A stretch of DNA of 64,000 nucleotides, from assembly GCA_013265495.1 (NCBI GenBank), contig MU058796.1:186001-250000 (forward strand), written 5' to 3'. The position numbers were made by a program, and so were the translations under genes. The notes beneath the pieces are model-generated. The model saw only the letters and a program-made list of their open reading frames with translations, was not told the DNA's origin and made no database searches. Position 1 is the stretch's first letter; each line of letters opens with the position of its first letter. Origin of the DNA: Vicugna vicugna. Lineage: Eukaryota. Positions 50,105 through 62,260 of the stretch are shown here, piece by piece.

Positions 50105-50609
50105 AGGTACTTTTAGAGAAAGAATCAGACAAATGGGCATGAAAGTTACCTGTTACCCTAAATGTTAAGGAGGCAAATGGGAAGAAAGGAATAGTGGGAT
50201 GTCTTCATTTATCATTCCTCAAATGGCTCTGCTATTCCTTGCCTTCTTTCTCAAGTAGACAGCCTAGACAGCAATCAGTGATTATAAAAGATAAACTACT
50301 AACTGATAGGACAGAAAAAAAAAAATTCCAAAAAGAGAAACTTCCTTCTACAGATTTGATAAATGAGCCCTTGCTACCTAATAACTCCAGGATTTGTCAT
50401 TTAGTCAGGATTAGGGAATCCAAGGAGATGAGTTCAGAGCCCGTGACATATTGATCATTGGCAGAGCAGTGGTAAATTACCAAGAGGAGTCTTAGTTCTT
50501 CCTTTCTAGGGTAGGGTCAAAAGGATATCACAGATGGAACACTGAAGTCAATGCTTTAGAGTACAGGATTGCTTCTCAGGAAGGACTGAATTGGATTAAG
50601 AATGATGCC

Positions 50610-50760
50610 CAGAAATGCCCTTACATTTGTATAGTACTTAGCAATTTGTATAGCCTTTTTGTATAGATATTATCTAATTTACTCCTCATGATGACTATTT
50701 TTATTTGAAGGTTTAGGGAGGTTAAGTGGTTGGCCTAAAGTCACAGAGTGAATTTCAGAG
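50610..50760 (-). mobile_element. MIR fragment
   Basis: 'cttacatttgtatagtactt...gaaggtttaggggaggttaagtggttggcctaaagtcacag'. Confidence 0.7.
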
Positions 50761-51379
50761 AGGGGTATTTAATGAAAATATTTATTTCTAGTGATTTTTA
50801 ACAGATCATTGGGCTGCTCTACCAACCACGTGTGTTTGAAGGGACTTATTCATAATGGAAAAATTCTCTTACCAGTCCACGAGACGTCAGTTTATATTTT
50901 AAAGTGAAAATCAAGTGGCAGATAGTCACAAAGCAAAATAAGAAAAATTTCTCATCACATGCTTTGTAGTTCCAAGAAGCTAACAGGAGTTTCACAACAT
51001 CGTCGAGCCAACACAAATGGCTAATCTTAACAGTACGCTAAATTGGCAGTCATGTCGTCTGCCTGATCAACAATATGCCATGCTGCTTGAAATTTATCTT
51101 GTTACAACTTTGCTGGGTGAAAGGATCATTTCCAAAAGGTCCCTGTCAGAAAGTAAATAGAATTCTAGCAATGAAAGTTAATAGAAGTAGAACCATGCGT
51201 GCTCCCCATTGCCCCCGTGGCCCTGACCTGGCTCTCCCTACCTAAAAAAATTCATTGCTGCGTGTATTTCAAAGCCCAAAGCCAAAGGAAACCTGGAGTC
51301 AAAACAGGAAGAACAAGTTTGGGTGTGAACTCCAGAGGGAAGCCTCAGGTCTCATGATGAGACATGATGATGTCATGCA

Positions 51380-51572
51380 CTTGAGAGGGGCTTTGAATTC
51401 AGACCTCAGGTTGAAATCAGCTGTGCTCCCTAGAAGTACTTAGATTTATTGAGCCTTATTTTCATATTAGTGAAATGGGGATAAAATACTGATCCTGCAA
51501 GTTGATATAAGAATCAGAAATAATACATGTGAATGTATAGCACCGAATACATTTTCAATAAATGGTAACTAG
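51380..51572 (+). mobile_element. MIR SINE
   Basis: 'ggctttgaattcagacct...tgagccttattttcatattagtgaaatggggataa...tcaataaatggtaacta'. Confidence 0.75.
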
Positions 51573-52947
51573 AATTTTGGGGTCCCTGATGCTTAGTGGG
51601 AAACGTGTCACAGAGCAACACTGAAAACCCTGAAGGCAAGCGTGCCTTCTTCCCGGGCCAGCCTGCAGCCAGCCCTGACTCCAGCCATGCCTTATTGTGG
51701 GGCTGCCAAGCACTCTGTCTTCCGTTTGAGTGTCACTTTAAGTTCCCAAGTGCAAGGATTTATTATACTTTGATTTGTACGAGTCCTCCAAGATCAAAGA
51801 TGGATTCTGAATGTTAGTTGTCAAATGAACGAACGATTGTGGAAATATAAAAGCAAAGCAATTCATGTTGCTTTAGGAATAGCTCATTTGCAAAATCTAA
51901 TATGCCATTACATTGACATATTTCCTCATTTCATCTATTAAATCTTCCATGTTAGTAAAACTAGTTTGTCACAACCAAATGCTACGATTATGTACATTTA
52001 TGTATACATTCCACGTGTGTAGTCTTCCTATAGTGTCTAATGAAAGCTAGATCCGGAAATGAAGGTCCAAATAGGAATAACAGCCTCTGCATTCCAGATA
52101 TCTTTGAATATGGGTATATATATATGTGTGTATATATATTTTTTAAATGTTCTGAAACTTATACCTTTCTACAACTTTAGTTCTTCTAACATATCACTGA
52201 ACTAAAAGTTGTTCTTTAAAAAAAAATCTTGAGTTGAAAAACCTATGAATATAGACACCTTGAAACACCCCCAGCTGAACTGTAGTTTGTAAATGGGACT
52301 GCTCACTGATACTGCATTAGAGGGAGGGATTCCCTTTCCCCTTCCCTGATCATTTGTTCTAATCTGCCATCCAAGACTTGGCCTATTTTATTTGAATTTA
52401 CCTGCATTTGGCCTGGGAAAAATGTTTATGTAAAGACCGACCTCTCTCTGGTCCCTCAGCAGCTCATTTGTGGCGTAGATGAGTGCGCTAGTTCAGCCCC
52501 CTCTGTTCATGGGGACTAAGACCTTGAAGAGTTCTCCAGGCCCTTCCAGGCCCAGAAGAGTCTATTGAGAGTCTCAGCCTTTTTCTTCCCACTAAGCCTT
52601 TTTTTTGTTGGGCTGATAAACTCCTAAATTGTTGAAAAGAAGTTGTTTGAAAACGATTTAAGGTATTCTCTTGGGGTTTCTGCACGCAGGGGAGATGTAT
52701 TTGTGCCTGGGAGTCTTTGGTCCTTAGTGCAGTTAGAGCTGGGTGAGCTCTCTTTCTAGCTCTAAAAGGATTTCTGGAATGTGATGGAAACACGGTGCTC
52801 ACTACTTTCCAGAAAAAGCCACAGCCACTCAGTTTCCTTTTCCCTCTGTCTCCTTCTCAGTGAGGATTTCTCTCCATAAATGTTAGTCTTTAAAATTAGG
52901 ATTTCAGGTAATTTCATATTCACTAGGTGAATACTAACCAGATAAGG

Positions 52948-53012
52948 TAAAAAAGAAGAAAAGAGAAGAGGGGAGAGGAAGGAAGAGGAGGAGAGAGGAG
53001 AAGAGAGGCAAA
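52948..53012 (+). repeat. Polypurine (GA-rich) low-complexity tract
   Basis: About 60 nt almost entirely A/G. Confidence 0.85.
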
Positions 53013-54659
53013 GTCTAGTCTAACACTGAGTTCTGACTAAGGCTAAGTTCGCTCAGACGCCTGAAAGAGTTGAAGCTGTTAATTTTCACAGATTGCTCAA
53101 GCAAGCAAAACAAAAGCCATTTAATTTTTCTAATAATCGCAGGCATGGTTTCCTTGTAATGTACTACACAATCTGTATTGATTACTCTGTGGGTGAGATA
53201 CACATTTAATAAACATGTATTCCAAAGTGAAGCGTAAAATCAAAGTTTAAATTACTATTTTTGAAAGCCACTTTTCCCCAGTATGTCAAAACAAAATCTT
53301 GACTGGGGGAAAAAAAAGACTTACATTTCAATTGTTTCTTGAGAAGCTAATTTAATAATAAGCATTAAGTTGAACAAGGCAAAAGCAGGCAGCAGAGGAC
53401 CAGAGGAATAAATTCTATACTTTTTCAAAATAAGTTAGGATGTCTTCCATGAGATCATTTAGGGACAGAAAAAAGCTTAGCCAGAAGTCATAAAGAATAA
53501 ATTTTTATATTTCTAAAAAACAAACAAAAATTTCCAGTAGTACTTTAAAATTCTTGAATTCATAAAAATATTTAAATATTAATTCACTAAAAATGTCATT
53601 TATGTGCATGTCATAAAGATTAGATTATGAGCTTTTAGTGTTATTTGCAAAGGGCATTGTTTACGTATAAGAGCAAATTACTTTGCCAAATTTAAGCAAC
53701 AGTTTCTGAACTTATAATAATCCCCCAAAACAGTCTATGCAACTATGCAAAAATTTTACACTTACTTAGTGCTCTTCAGAAGAGGTCTATAAGAAAGAAA
53801 ATCATTAAATGTGCAAAGTGTAAATAGAAAGAGTGATTAAAAGGAAAAGCAAATTTATATTTGTAGTAGTAGAGGGTACTGTTGTTTTTGATTTGTTATA
53901 TGCTTTAATCTGGCATGCTATTTCACCCTTCATGACACACATCAATACCTTCTTTATGTCTGGCTATTACCACTCATTTAAAAATCTATTTTACATGATT
54001 CTTTCAGCCAAAAGTGGACCATAATGACACAGAATACAGCAAGTGCTTCATAAATTCTGTAAGAATCAATACTTTGGCTGGAAATTTGTCAGTCTCTCAA
54101 AGTTATGCATCATTAAACTTTACTGTTATTACAGTGGACTCTTCTTCAAAGTTCAGTACCTAGCTCATATTGGAGAAACAGTTTTAGAGCCAAGAAAGGT
54201 TGAGAGAAGCAAAAGCTGCCTGCAGTGGGATGTATACCTCCAGATGATGCTTAATTTGCAAAATGCAAATAGAACAAAAGCTGTTTTACTTAGGCATGGG
54301 TAGGTAGTTTATAAGATCCAGGTTACACTTATCTAAAGGTCACATAGATGATATCCAAACAAATTTGGAAAATATGAAAAATATCCACCTACTGACCAGA
54401 TTCTACCTTTCTTCTGATACTCTGACAATTATAGCATACAGCTTCAGACACAGATGATTCCTGAATTCTTCATCCATTTTCACACTGCTCCCTGGATTAA
54501 CTTGTAATGGGAACACCCTGATGCCTTTTGTTTTGTCCTCTGTAAGAGGCAGTTGGTGATTCTCATAATGACTAGTCTGTGTGGACACCTTTTCAGCCAC
54601 ACCTATAGGGATTCCAGCTGGAATCATGTCACTTACCAAGGGCCTCATCAGCATCGAAA

Positions 54660-55125
54660 ACAAATCTTGTTGGAGTTCCCTGTATGAGCTGTCTCCCGCT
54701 TACCTCTCCAGTCTCACCAGTCAAGACCTCACTATCTTTCTGAACATGAGGAATTATTTAAAGTGCCCTGAACAGACTAAGCTCTTGCTCTTGCATTCAA
54801 GACCGTGGCTCCTATAGTTCCCTTCACCTGTCCTGCCCTTTACCCTCTTAACTATTATTTTCTTCATCTCAGAATATTTGTCGCCTTCTCTGGGAAGGCC
54901 TCTGTGATCACCTTGGACTGAGTTCTGTACTTCTAGTGAGCACCCTTGTATTGCCCTTCTTTATATTTATGCTTAATGAAATTGCCTGTTCATTGTCTGG
55001 CTTCTCTATAACAGTGACAGTTTCAGTAGGGAAATTCAGTCTCCTTTGCTATCATACCTCCTCACCTAACCCAGTGCCTGGCACGAAATTGGTGCTCAAA
55101 AACCACCAATGAGTAAGTGAATGAA
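54660..55125 (+). mobile_element. L2 3' region
   Basis: 'ccgcttacctctccagtctca', 'ccttctctgggaaggcctctgtgatc', 'ccagtgcctggcacgaaattggtgctcaaaaa...aatgagtaagtgaatgaa'. Confidence 0.75.
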
Positions 55126-55883
55126 ATCTTCCATGTGCAAAGTAGAAGAGTAAACACTAAAAGATCTCAAAAATTTATAAATCTTAGCTCCTGTTCTTGA
55201 GAGGCTTAAAATAAGGTGGGTAAAACAGAGCATAGACATAGATTTTCCTTTAAGAAGAAGGAAAAGAACTAAGAAAAAAATCATAACAATTTTTTCATCA
55301 GCTACAAGCAAGTCCTACTTTCTTCATGATAATGCCCCCACAGATTATTTTTCAAATTAGTCATTCATAGACTATATGAAAAAGTAAAAACATAAATGGC
55401 CATCTGAAAGAAGGAGTTATGTGCAGTTATAACACCTTTCATGAGCACGTTTTCACTTATTGCTGTGACTGAAACGTCTCACCCACTGGTTTGTTGACAA
55501 TGTCTTCAGGGACACATTGCCACATTGGATGCTTTGAGGTGCAAAGATTCCTTTCTATTTATCTCTTTACCCAACCTTTCAGCTCAAGCTGTATTTGCAA
55601 GTTTGGTCTAGGCTCTTAAAATTTGTTCTTAGGGGGAAAAAGCGGGCCTGATTCTCACTTTCTAAATGAGTTAATATAATAAAGTGCTTATAATAGTACC
55701 TGTCACTGGTTCATTACCAATATGTGTTTGTTACTCTTATTTCATACCCCCTGATATCTTCAAATTACCCTTTCAAAAGCACTGTATCTAAGCTTAAAAG
55801 CAAGTACGGATGGAGAAGAAAAGTGATATAATGAACCCTGCAGCAAATTCTGGGAGTATTTCATGCATTTAAAATGATAGTTC

Positions 55884-56036
55884 GGGGGGAGGGGGTGGAG
55901 ATAGCTCAGTGATAAGAGTGTGTGCTTAGCAGCACAGGGCTCCGAGTTCAATCCCCAGTACTTCCATTAAAAATAAATGAATAACTAAATAAATATAAAC
56001 CTAATTACCCCGCCTAAGAAAAGAATATTTTAAAGT
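55884..56036 (+). mobile_element. tRNA-derived SINE, camelid Vic-1-like
   Basis: Pol III A box TAGCTCAGTG (55902-55911), B box GAGTTCAATCC (55944-55954), body 'cccagtacttccattaaaaataaat...aaacctaattaccccgcc', flanking direct repeat atagttc at 55877-55883 and 56037-56043. Confidence 0.88.
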
Positions 56037-56224
56037 ATAGTTCAGAATTCAGTCATCTGAGTTGGTTGTTAACAGCAGCCATTGTGCCTGGCCTGGGTAG
56101 GCGTGAGCAAGTTGGAGTCTGGCCCGGGTAGGATCTTCACTAGGCTGTCATTCTGGCTGTGTGCCCTCTCTTACTTCCATAATCTTTACCTCCAGTTTTT
56201 CTATCAACCCACATGCGGAGAGGA

Positions 56225-56380
56225 AACCTAGTATAATGGACTCGAAGTCAGAAATTCCTGCGTTTGAAACTGACCCCACTGTTAGCCGCCCTGAACCTTC
56301 TTATTTTTAATTTTTGAAGATGGAATTAATAACCAGTCATACTTTAAAATCTCTTGAGGATAAGTACTAATTAATATAAA
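56225..56380 (+). mobile_element. MIR fragment
   Basis: 'ggactcgaagtcagaaattcctgcgtttgaaactgacc'. Confidence 0.55.
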
Positions 56381-56873
56381 ATTAATGGCATAGGTGTCCT
56401 CTCATCTTGATGAGAGAAAAGAACTTTTAAGTAGGTAACTGATTAACGTCGTTTGTAATGGATATAAATATCTATGAAGAGCTGGTATCATGTACAGTTC
56501 AATAGTGCTCTCTTGCCTCACAGTATATGGTCTATGCCCAACAGGCTATGGTCCATGTTTTTTAAAGATGCCTACCTCACAGTTTTGCACTTATTTAGAA
56601 TTCAACATGTATTTTTTACAGAACAGAATTGACAAGAATAAGAGACAATCCCGAAAGAATGGCAGGAAAACACTCAAAAATTTTGGTGTCTTATTACTGT
56701 TCAAATAATAATTTTCAACAATGCTGAGTTACCTGACTTCATATGAAAAGATTTTGAAAGAGTCAATAAAGCCCCAAAAGGTCTTGTAGAAAAGAAATGA
56801 GTTTCCTGACCTACTATAGGTGGTTTATTTTTCATGTCTAGTAGCAAAGTTTTATTGACTTTTATTTGGCTCA

Positions 56874-57060
56874 TACAGGGGTGTCATATACAACACTTCA
56901 GGTTATGAATTTCACAAGAGCATCACATCTGAGGGACATTATTTACATCATAAACACTTAATTTTAGCTTTGATATTTATTCTACCTTTGGACTTACAAA
57001 TAAATTTGTGTTATTTATTATGACAATTTTCCAGCAGTGGTTGTTAAATATCTTGTTCCT
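56874..57060. mobile_element. Possible hAT-Tip100 (Arthur-like) fragment
   Basis: 'caggggtgtc...catcacatctgagggacattatttacatc...tatgacaattttccagcag' resembles a recalled consensus. Confidence 0.35.
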
Positions 57061-57289
57061 AAAAGATCATAATGTGACAATAAGTTTTGGACAGAAGAAA
57101 GTCAAGTGCTGTGAGGAAGAGACACCTTTTTCTAATTCACACAGACACTTGTGTGAGGCTTGCAGCTGCCCTGTCTTTACAGTGCCTGACAGTGCTGAGC
57201 AGACAGTAGGATGTTAATAAATACTTGGTGAATGAACAAGTGACTAAACAAAATATTTCAAAGAGTGTGGGTATTGTAAAGGATTGTAA

Positions 57290-57545
57290 CAATAGAAAGC
57301 AGTATTGTGGTCGAAAATATCTTAGCTCGAGTTTTAGTTCTATTGCTGTCTGTGTATTTTGGATGAATTATTTAACATGTCTGTGCTTCATATTCCTTAT
57401 CTTTAAAATGGAAGAATAATAGCATCCATTTTACAGGGTTGCTGGGAAGACTAAGTGAGCTAGTATGTATAAAACACTTAGTGTTGTTCAGTAGCTGTGG
57501 AGAGAATCATACTCTACAGTAAGTGTCCAATAAACGGCTACAGTC
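57290..57545 (+). mobile_element. MIR SINE
   Basis: 'ttatttaacatgtctgtgcttcatattccttatctttaaaatggaagaataatagc...cagggttgctgggaagactaagtgag...taaaacacttag'. Confidence 0.85.
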
Positions 57546-57733
57546 TCTATTTTTAAATATACCTAACACATAGTTTTGCACTTATTACAAATTCAAGATA
57601 TATTTTTGGATTGGACAGAATTGATGAGAATAAGAAAATTGTGGAAATACACTTTTAAAACTTTAGAATTTTATTACTGTTCAAATCAAGATAAGTGTTC
57701 AATAAATACCTTGGAGATAAAGGTGACAGTGCT

Positions 57734-57786
57734 GAAGAAGAAGAAGAAGAAGAAAGAAGAGGTAGGGAAGGAAGAGGAGGTGGAGG
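57734..57786 (+). repeat. (GAA)n / purine-rich repeat
   Basis: About 7 GAA units followed by GGA-rich units. Confidence 0.9.
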
Positions 57787-57811
57787 CAGTTACAACAGAT
57801 TGGTCAGTCAG

Positions 57812-58425
57812 GAGTCAGAGTCAAAGTCAAAGACTTCACAGTGGCTTACAAGTCCCTAAATGATCTGCAACATCCCCCCATCCCCCAGACACATTCTCCT
57901 CTAACCCTGCTTCACTTCCTTTCACTTCCTCTGTGCTGCTTGTGTTCCAGCCACATGTATCTCCTCGCTGTTCCTTGATTGTACCAGACACACTCCTACC
58001 TTAGGGCTTTCTTTGAAGTTATTCTCTATTCCTCAAATGCTTTTATTTCAATATTTGTTGGGATAAGTTTCTTATTTTCTTCAAGTGTTTGCTCAAATGT
58101 CACTTTGTCATAGTAAGACCATTGCCCCCCTATAAATTACCACTTGTATCACCTCTCCCCTCAGCCTGTCTTCACACACTATCTCAGTTTCTCATACTCT
58201 GCTCTGCTTTTTCTTTTATCTTTGGCACATATCACCTTCTAACATACTACATAGTTTATTTATTATGTTTCTTATTTATTGTCTCTCTTCCTTCACTCAC
58301 GTTCCCCTCCCTCCACTAGAATCTCAAGAGGATGGAGCTTTTTGTTGACTTTTTTCACTAATATAACCCAAGGACCTGGAACAGAACCTGACCCATAATA
58401 CATGCTAAATACATATTAGTTGTAA
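57812..58425 (+). mobile_element. L2a-like 3' end
   Basis: 'acagtggcttacaagtccctaaatgatctg', 'ctcctaccttagggcttt', 'tcaagtgtttgctcaaatgtcac', 'ctccactagaat', 'ggacctggaacagaacctgacccataat'. Confidence 0.85.
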
Positions 58426-60849
58426 GATTTCTCACTTTTAAATCCTTCTCTCTCTTTCCATTGTTTTTCTGTTTAAATCCAATAAAAATTTTCATTGCAC
58501 ATGGATATTACTTTAGTTCTAGGATTTCCATGAGACAATTAACATTCTCTATCCTGGCCTAGTTCTAATATGAGCAAAGACCTTATTGAGCTTAGAAAAA
58601 AGCAAAATTTTGTTTTGTTTTGTTTTGTTCAGTCAAAACTTTATGCCTTTCTGGGCAAACCACAAAATACAAAAGTTTGCATTACTTACATAAAAACACT
58701 CCTAATTCAAATCTTTCTTGAAGAAGCTAAAATATTTCTACATCCAATCTTTGAGATACAAGAACAAGTGCATAAATGGCTTTCCAAGAAATCTAATCAA
58801 CATTCACAATTATGAATATGCATTTTTAGTTGTAAAGTACAACTTAATAAATAATGAATAAAGGACAAGGGAAATAAGAGTAGAGAGAGGAAATCAAATT
58901 ATACAGAAAAAGACGCCCTTTAGGAGGGCAGTGCTTAGATAAAATATATGGTAGTCAAACAATTTTTGAGGCTTTTCAGTAGGTAAGAAAGATAATTCAA
59001 TTAGAAATGCTAGTAACTTTGTTCTGTATATAAATTCTCAAGTGTATGTGTATATATATCCACTCCACCCATACATATTTTCATTTAAAAACTAGGAAAC
59101 AATTACACCTAGATTTTGTATGTTTAATGTACTAACATGTTTAAAGTACACATTTGATGTAATTAACAAATAGAGGTTGAAAAAGTAATCCTTTTTTCTA
59201 ATGCAAACTTTTGTTTATATCTACATTTAAATGTTTCTAGTGTCTAATCAATATTAATAGATTTTGTTGGTTTCTACTTAGCCCTAAATATTAAATTATA
59301 CATGGTCAGCTAGAAAATATATAGAGAGAATTGATTTATTTGCTGCTATTTCCAAGTAGATATTTCTATCATTTATGATTTAAAGAAATGTAATTTTAAT
59401 TTTTTACTAAAACTACGCAAATTTTTCAGTTTCTTCATATTTACTGTCTGTCTAGTAAAGTCTTTAGAGAATTGCTTTTCCTATTTTGGGTTGAATATTG
59501 TTTAATTTCTAAATCCAAGGGATTAATGCCTAGAAACTTAAATATTTTTATCAAAGAAAATTATTTTTTATTAATATTTATATAATATGTCATATGGACC
59601 TGTAATTCTGGAAAGGATTTCTTTCATTGATTCATTCATTCACTCATTCATCCATTCAATGGCTATTTCTCTATTCCAAAGCAAAGCGTGAGTTTTTGCC
59701 TTTGATTTGCAGAACTCATTGTTAGGTGGATGCCACATTGTGCCCGGTACTGTGATATGTTGTATTTAGCTGTCAATATCTATAAACATTTCTCAATATG
59801 ACCTGTGAATGTTAAACTGTTTACAGTGTTTCCTGCAATTATCTCTTCAGAAGCGTGACAGGGGAAATGGGCTCATGTCACCCATAAGATTTGAGAAGCA
59901 TCTGATGAAAATCATTGTAATTTGGCTTCTATTTTAAGACATTACACACCAAATATTATCATGCACTTAGATTATTTTTGTGTCTTCCAAAGTATTTTCA
60001 AATGGTTTTTATTGCTCTTTCTTGGCATCCTCCTGGTGTTCAGGTCATTATTATTTCCATTTTTAGTGGGAGTTATTTGATTACTTAGGGAATAGAACAG
60101 TATCATTTGGGGTTAATTACCAGCCTCTTTTTTTTTTTTTTTTTTGGAAAGCAATACCTAAAAGAGGAAGAAAGAGAGGAAATGAAAAAGAAAAAGAAGC
60201 TCAAAGAATGGCCAGTATACCATTGACTTGTTTTGTTTGCCTTATTAGTGACACACATGGCATGGATAGCATTATTTTAGACATACTTTGGTGACTTACA
60301 GTGGAGACAGACTATAACAGAATTCTGTAACTAAAAATCCTTTTTCTTCAATGAGGAATCTACTATCTAAAGAGAAAATAAAATTCAAGTCTCTTAACTC
60401 TAATGCTAACATTTCCTCCATTTCTTCTAGTAAATCTCCATCTTGCCTTTGAGAAACTTAATCTCAAAAGAGGAACATCATATATAAGTACCAAATTTCT
60501 TCTTTCTGTACAAGTATTTGCATGTGCAAAAAACTGCAGTAACACTCAAATATGCATAGTTGTAATAGAAAAAATAGAGTTTAAGGCATGGGAAATAATA
60601 TAGTTTCTCACCACCACCTAACCTGACCAGTCTTGTTAGTAAGCAATATTAGAATAAGGAAAGAAGTCATCCTCCCACTTTGTGTGTTCTCTAGGCTCCT
60701 CCTATCCAAAGGAATGGCTTTAGTTCATTGATATTTATAAAATGTCATTGATTATTAATTTTCCCCTAGGAATAAGAATGTTAGAAATGCAAAACCAAAA
60801 TGGGTAGATGCAGTTAATAGATTAAAATTCAAATGAAGGAAAAATTGCT

Positions 60850-61060
60850 ATAAAAATAGCTAACACTTTCTGAATGCCTACTAGATGCTAAACATTTTTG
60901 TTTTCATTATCTCCCTTGAAAAAAATCAAAAACAAAAACACCTATGAGGTAGATAGTATAATAGGTCATTTCACAAATGAAATAGTGTGAGCTAGTAAAT
61001 AGCAAATTCAGACAGAGCCCAGATGTTTCTAACCCCAAGGCCATGAACTTACCCACTGTA
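60850..61060 (-). mobile_element. MIR SINE
   Basis: 'aatagctaacactttctgaatgcctactagatgc...cacctatgaggtagatagtat...cattcacaaatgaaa'-like core. Confidence 0.7.
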
Positions 61061-61167
61061 CAGTTTTCATAGTTAGTGATATCAGATCCTTTCCCAGAAT
61101 TAATCCTGAAATGTGGGAAGGGCGTTGTGTACATAAAGGGTAGGAAGAAGGACTTCTGTTAAGCCAA

Positions 61168-61735
61168 TGTATTAGTCATACAACGCAGTGTAAAAAAATT
61201 ACTCCCAAAACTTAGCTGTGTAAGACAATACATTTTTACCTCACCGTTTCTGTGGGTCAGGTTTGGGCCCAGCTTAACTGAGTCCTCTGGGTCAGGTCCT
61301 CACAAGACTGCAGTCAAGGTGACCACCAGAGCTGCAGTCACCTTAAGGTTCGACTGGAGGATGACCCACTCGCAAGCTCACTCAGATGTTTGTTGACAAG
61401 ATTCAGTTTCTCATGGGTTGCTGGACTAAAGGCCTCAGTTCCTCACTAGCTGTTGGCTAGAGCCTCCCTCAGTTCCTTGCCTCTCTCCCTAGGGCAGCCC
61501 AGACAATTGCAGCTGAGCGTCCATCAGAATGAACAAGCAAGAGAGCAACAGAGGGTGGGCAAGAGGAAGTCAGAGTCTTTTTGTAACCTGATCTCAGAAC
61601 TGACACACCCTCTCATTTGCCATAATCCATTCATAAGAAGCAAGTTACAAGATGCATCCCATACTGCAGGGGAGAGGATTTTGCATGAATACCAGGAGGG
61701 GAATCACGGGAGCTCTCTTAGAAGCTGCCCACTGG
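61168..61735 (-). mobile_element. MaLR LTR (MLT1F-like), near full length
   Basis: Starts 'tgtattagtca'; 'ccaaaacttagc', 'tcaccgtttctgtgggtcagg', 'cagcttaactgagtcctctgg', 'ctgcagtcaaggtg', 'caagctcactca', 'tgaataccaggagg'. Confidence 0.88.
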
Positions 61736-62099
61736 AATCAGTAAAGTATTCTCAGAGGATAACTGGGGACTAAAAGCTCAGCTGACTGTGCTGTTCATTT
61801 GGTTCTAGCAAACTGCCTGAAGTGAATGTCCTTCAGTAGCCTCCATCCTGATACAGGCAGAGTTTAACATGATGCAGAGTACAGCATGCCAACCTCCAGC
61901 ATGGCCTAGGAAACACTGTAATTCAGCCTAGGAGCTACTGAGACTGAAATTCATTGCTTTACAGAATTAATTTTCATTTAAAATAACAGAAAAGTAAAAT
62001 AGTAGATGTAAGTAATCTTTTTTTGGGGGGGGGGATATACTATAATGGAAAGAAGGCAGCTTCTAGAATCTTCTGGCTATGTTTATTTCAAAGATGCCA

Positions 62100-62260
62100 G
62101 CTGTTTGAACACAGGTGACTTCCTTACTGATCAGAACCTCAGTTTCCTGACTGTGGTTCCAGGACATACTAACTCACCAGGCGGCCATGAGATTAATTAG
62201 AATGGTCTATATGGGAGTATTTTGTTAACTGCAAAGGGCAATGTATAAATGCAGATTTTG
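62100..62260 (+). mobile_element. MIR fragment
   Basis: 'cctcagtttcctgactgt...atactaactcaccagg...gagattaattaga'. Confidence 0.6.

Noticed and set aside
55895..55965. tRNA gene
   Set aside because: A and B boxes are present, but there is no acceptor stem and it continues into a SINE body with tail and TSD
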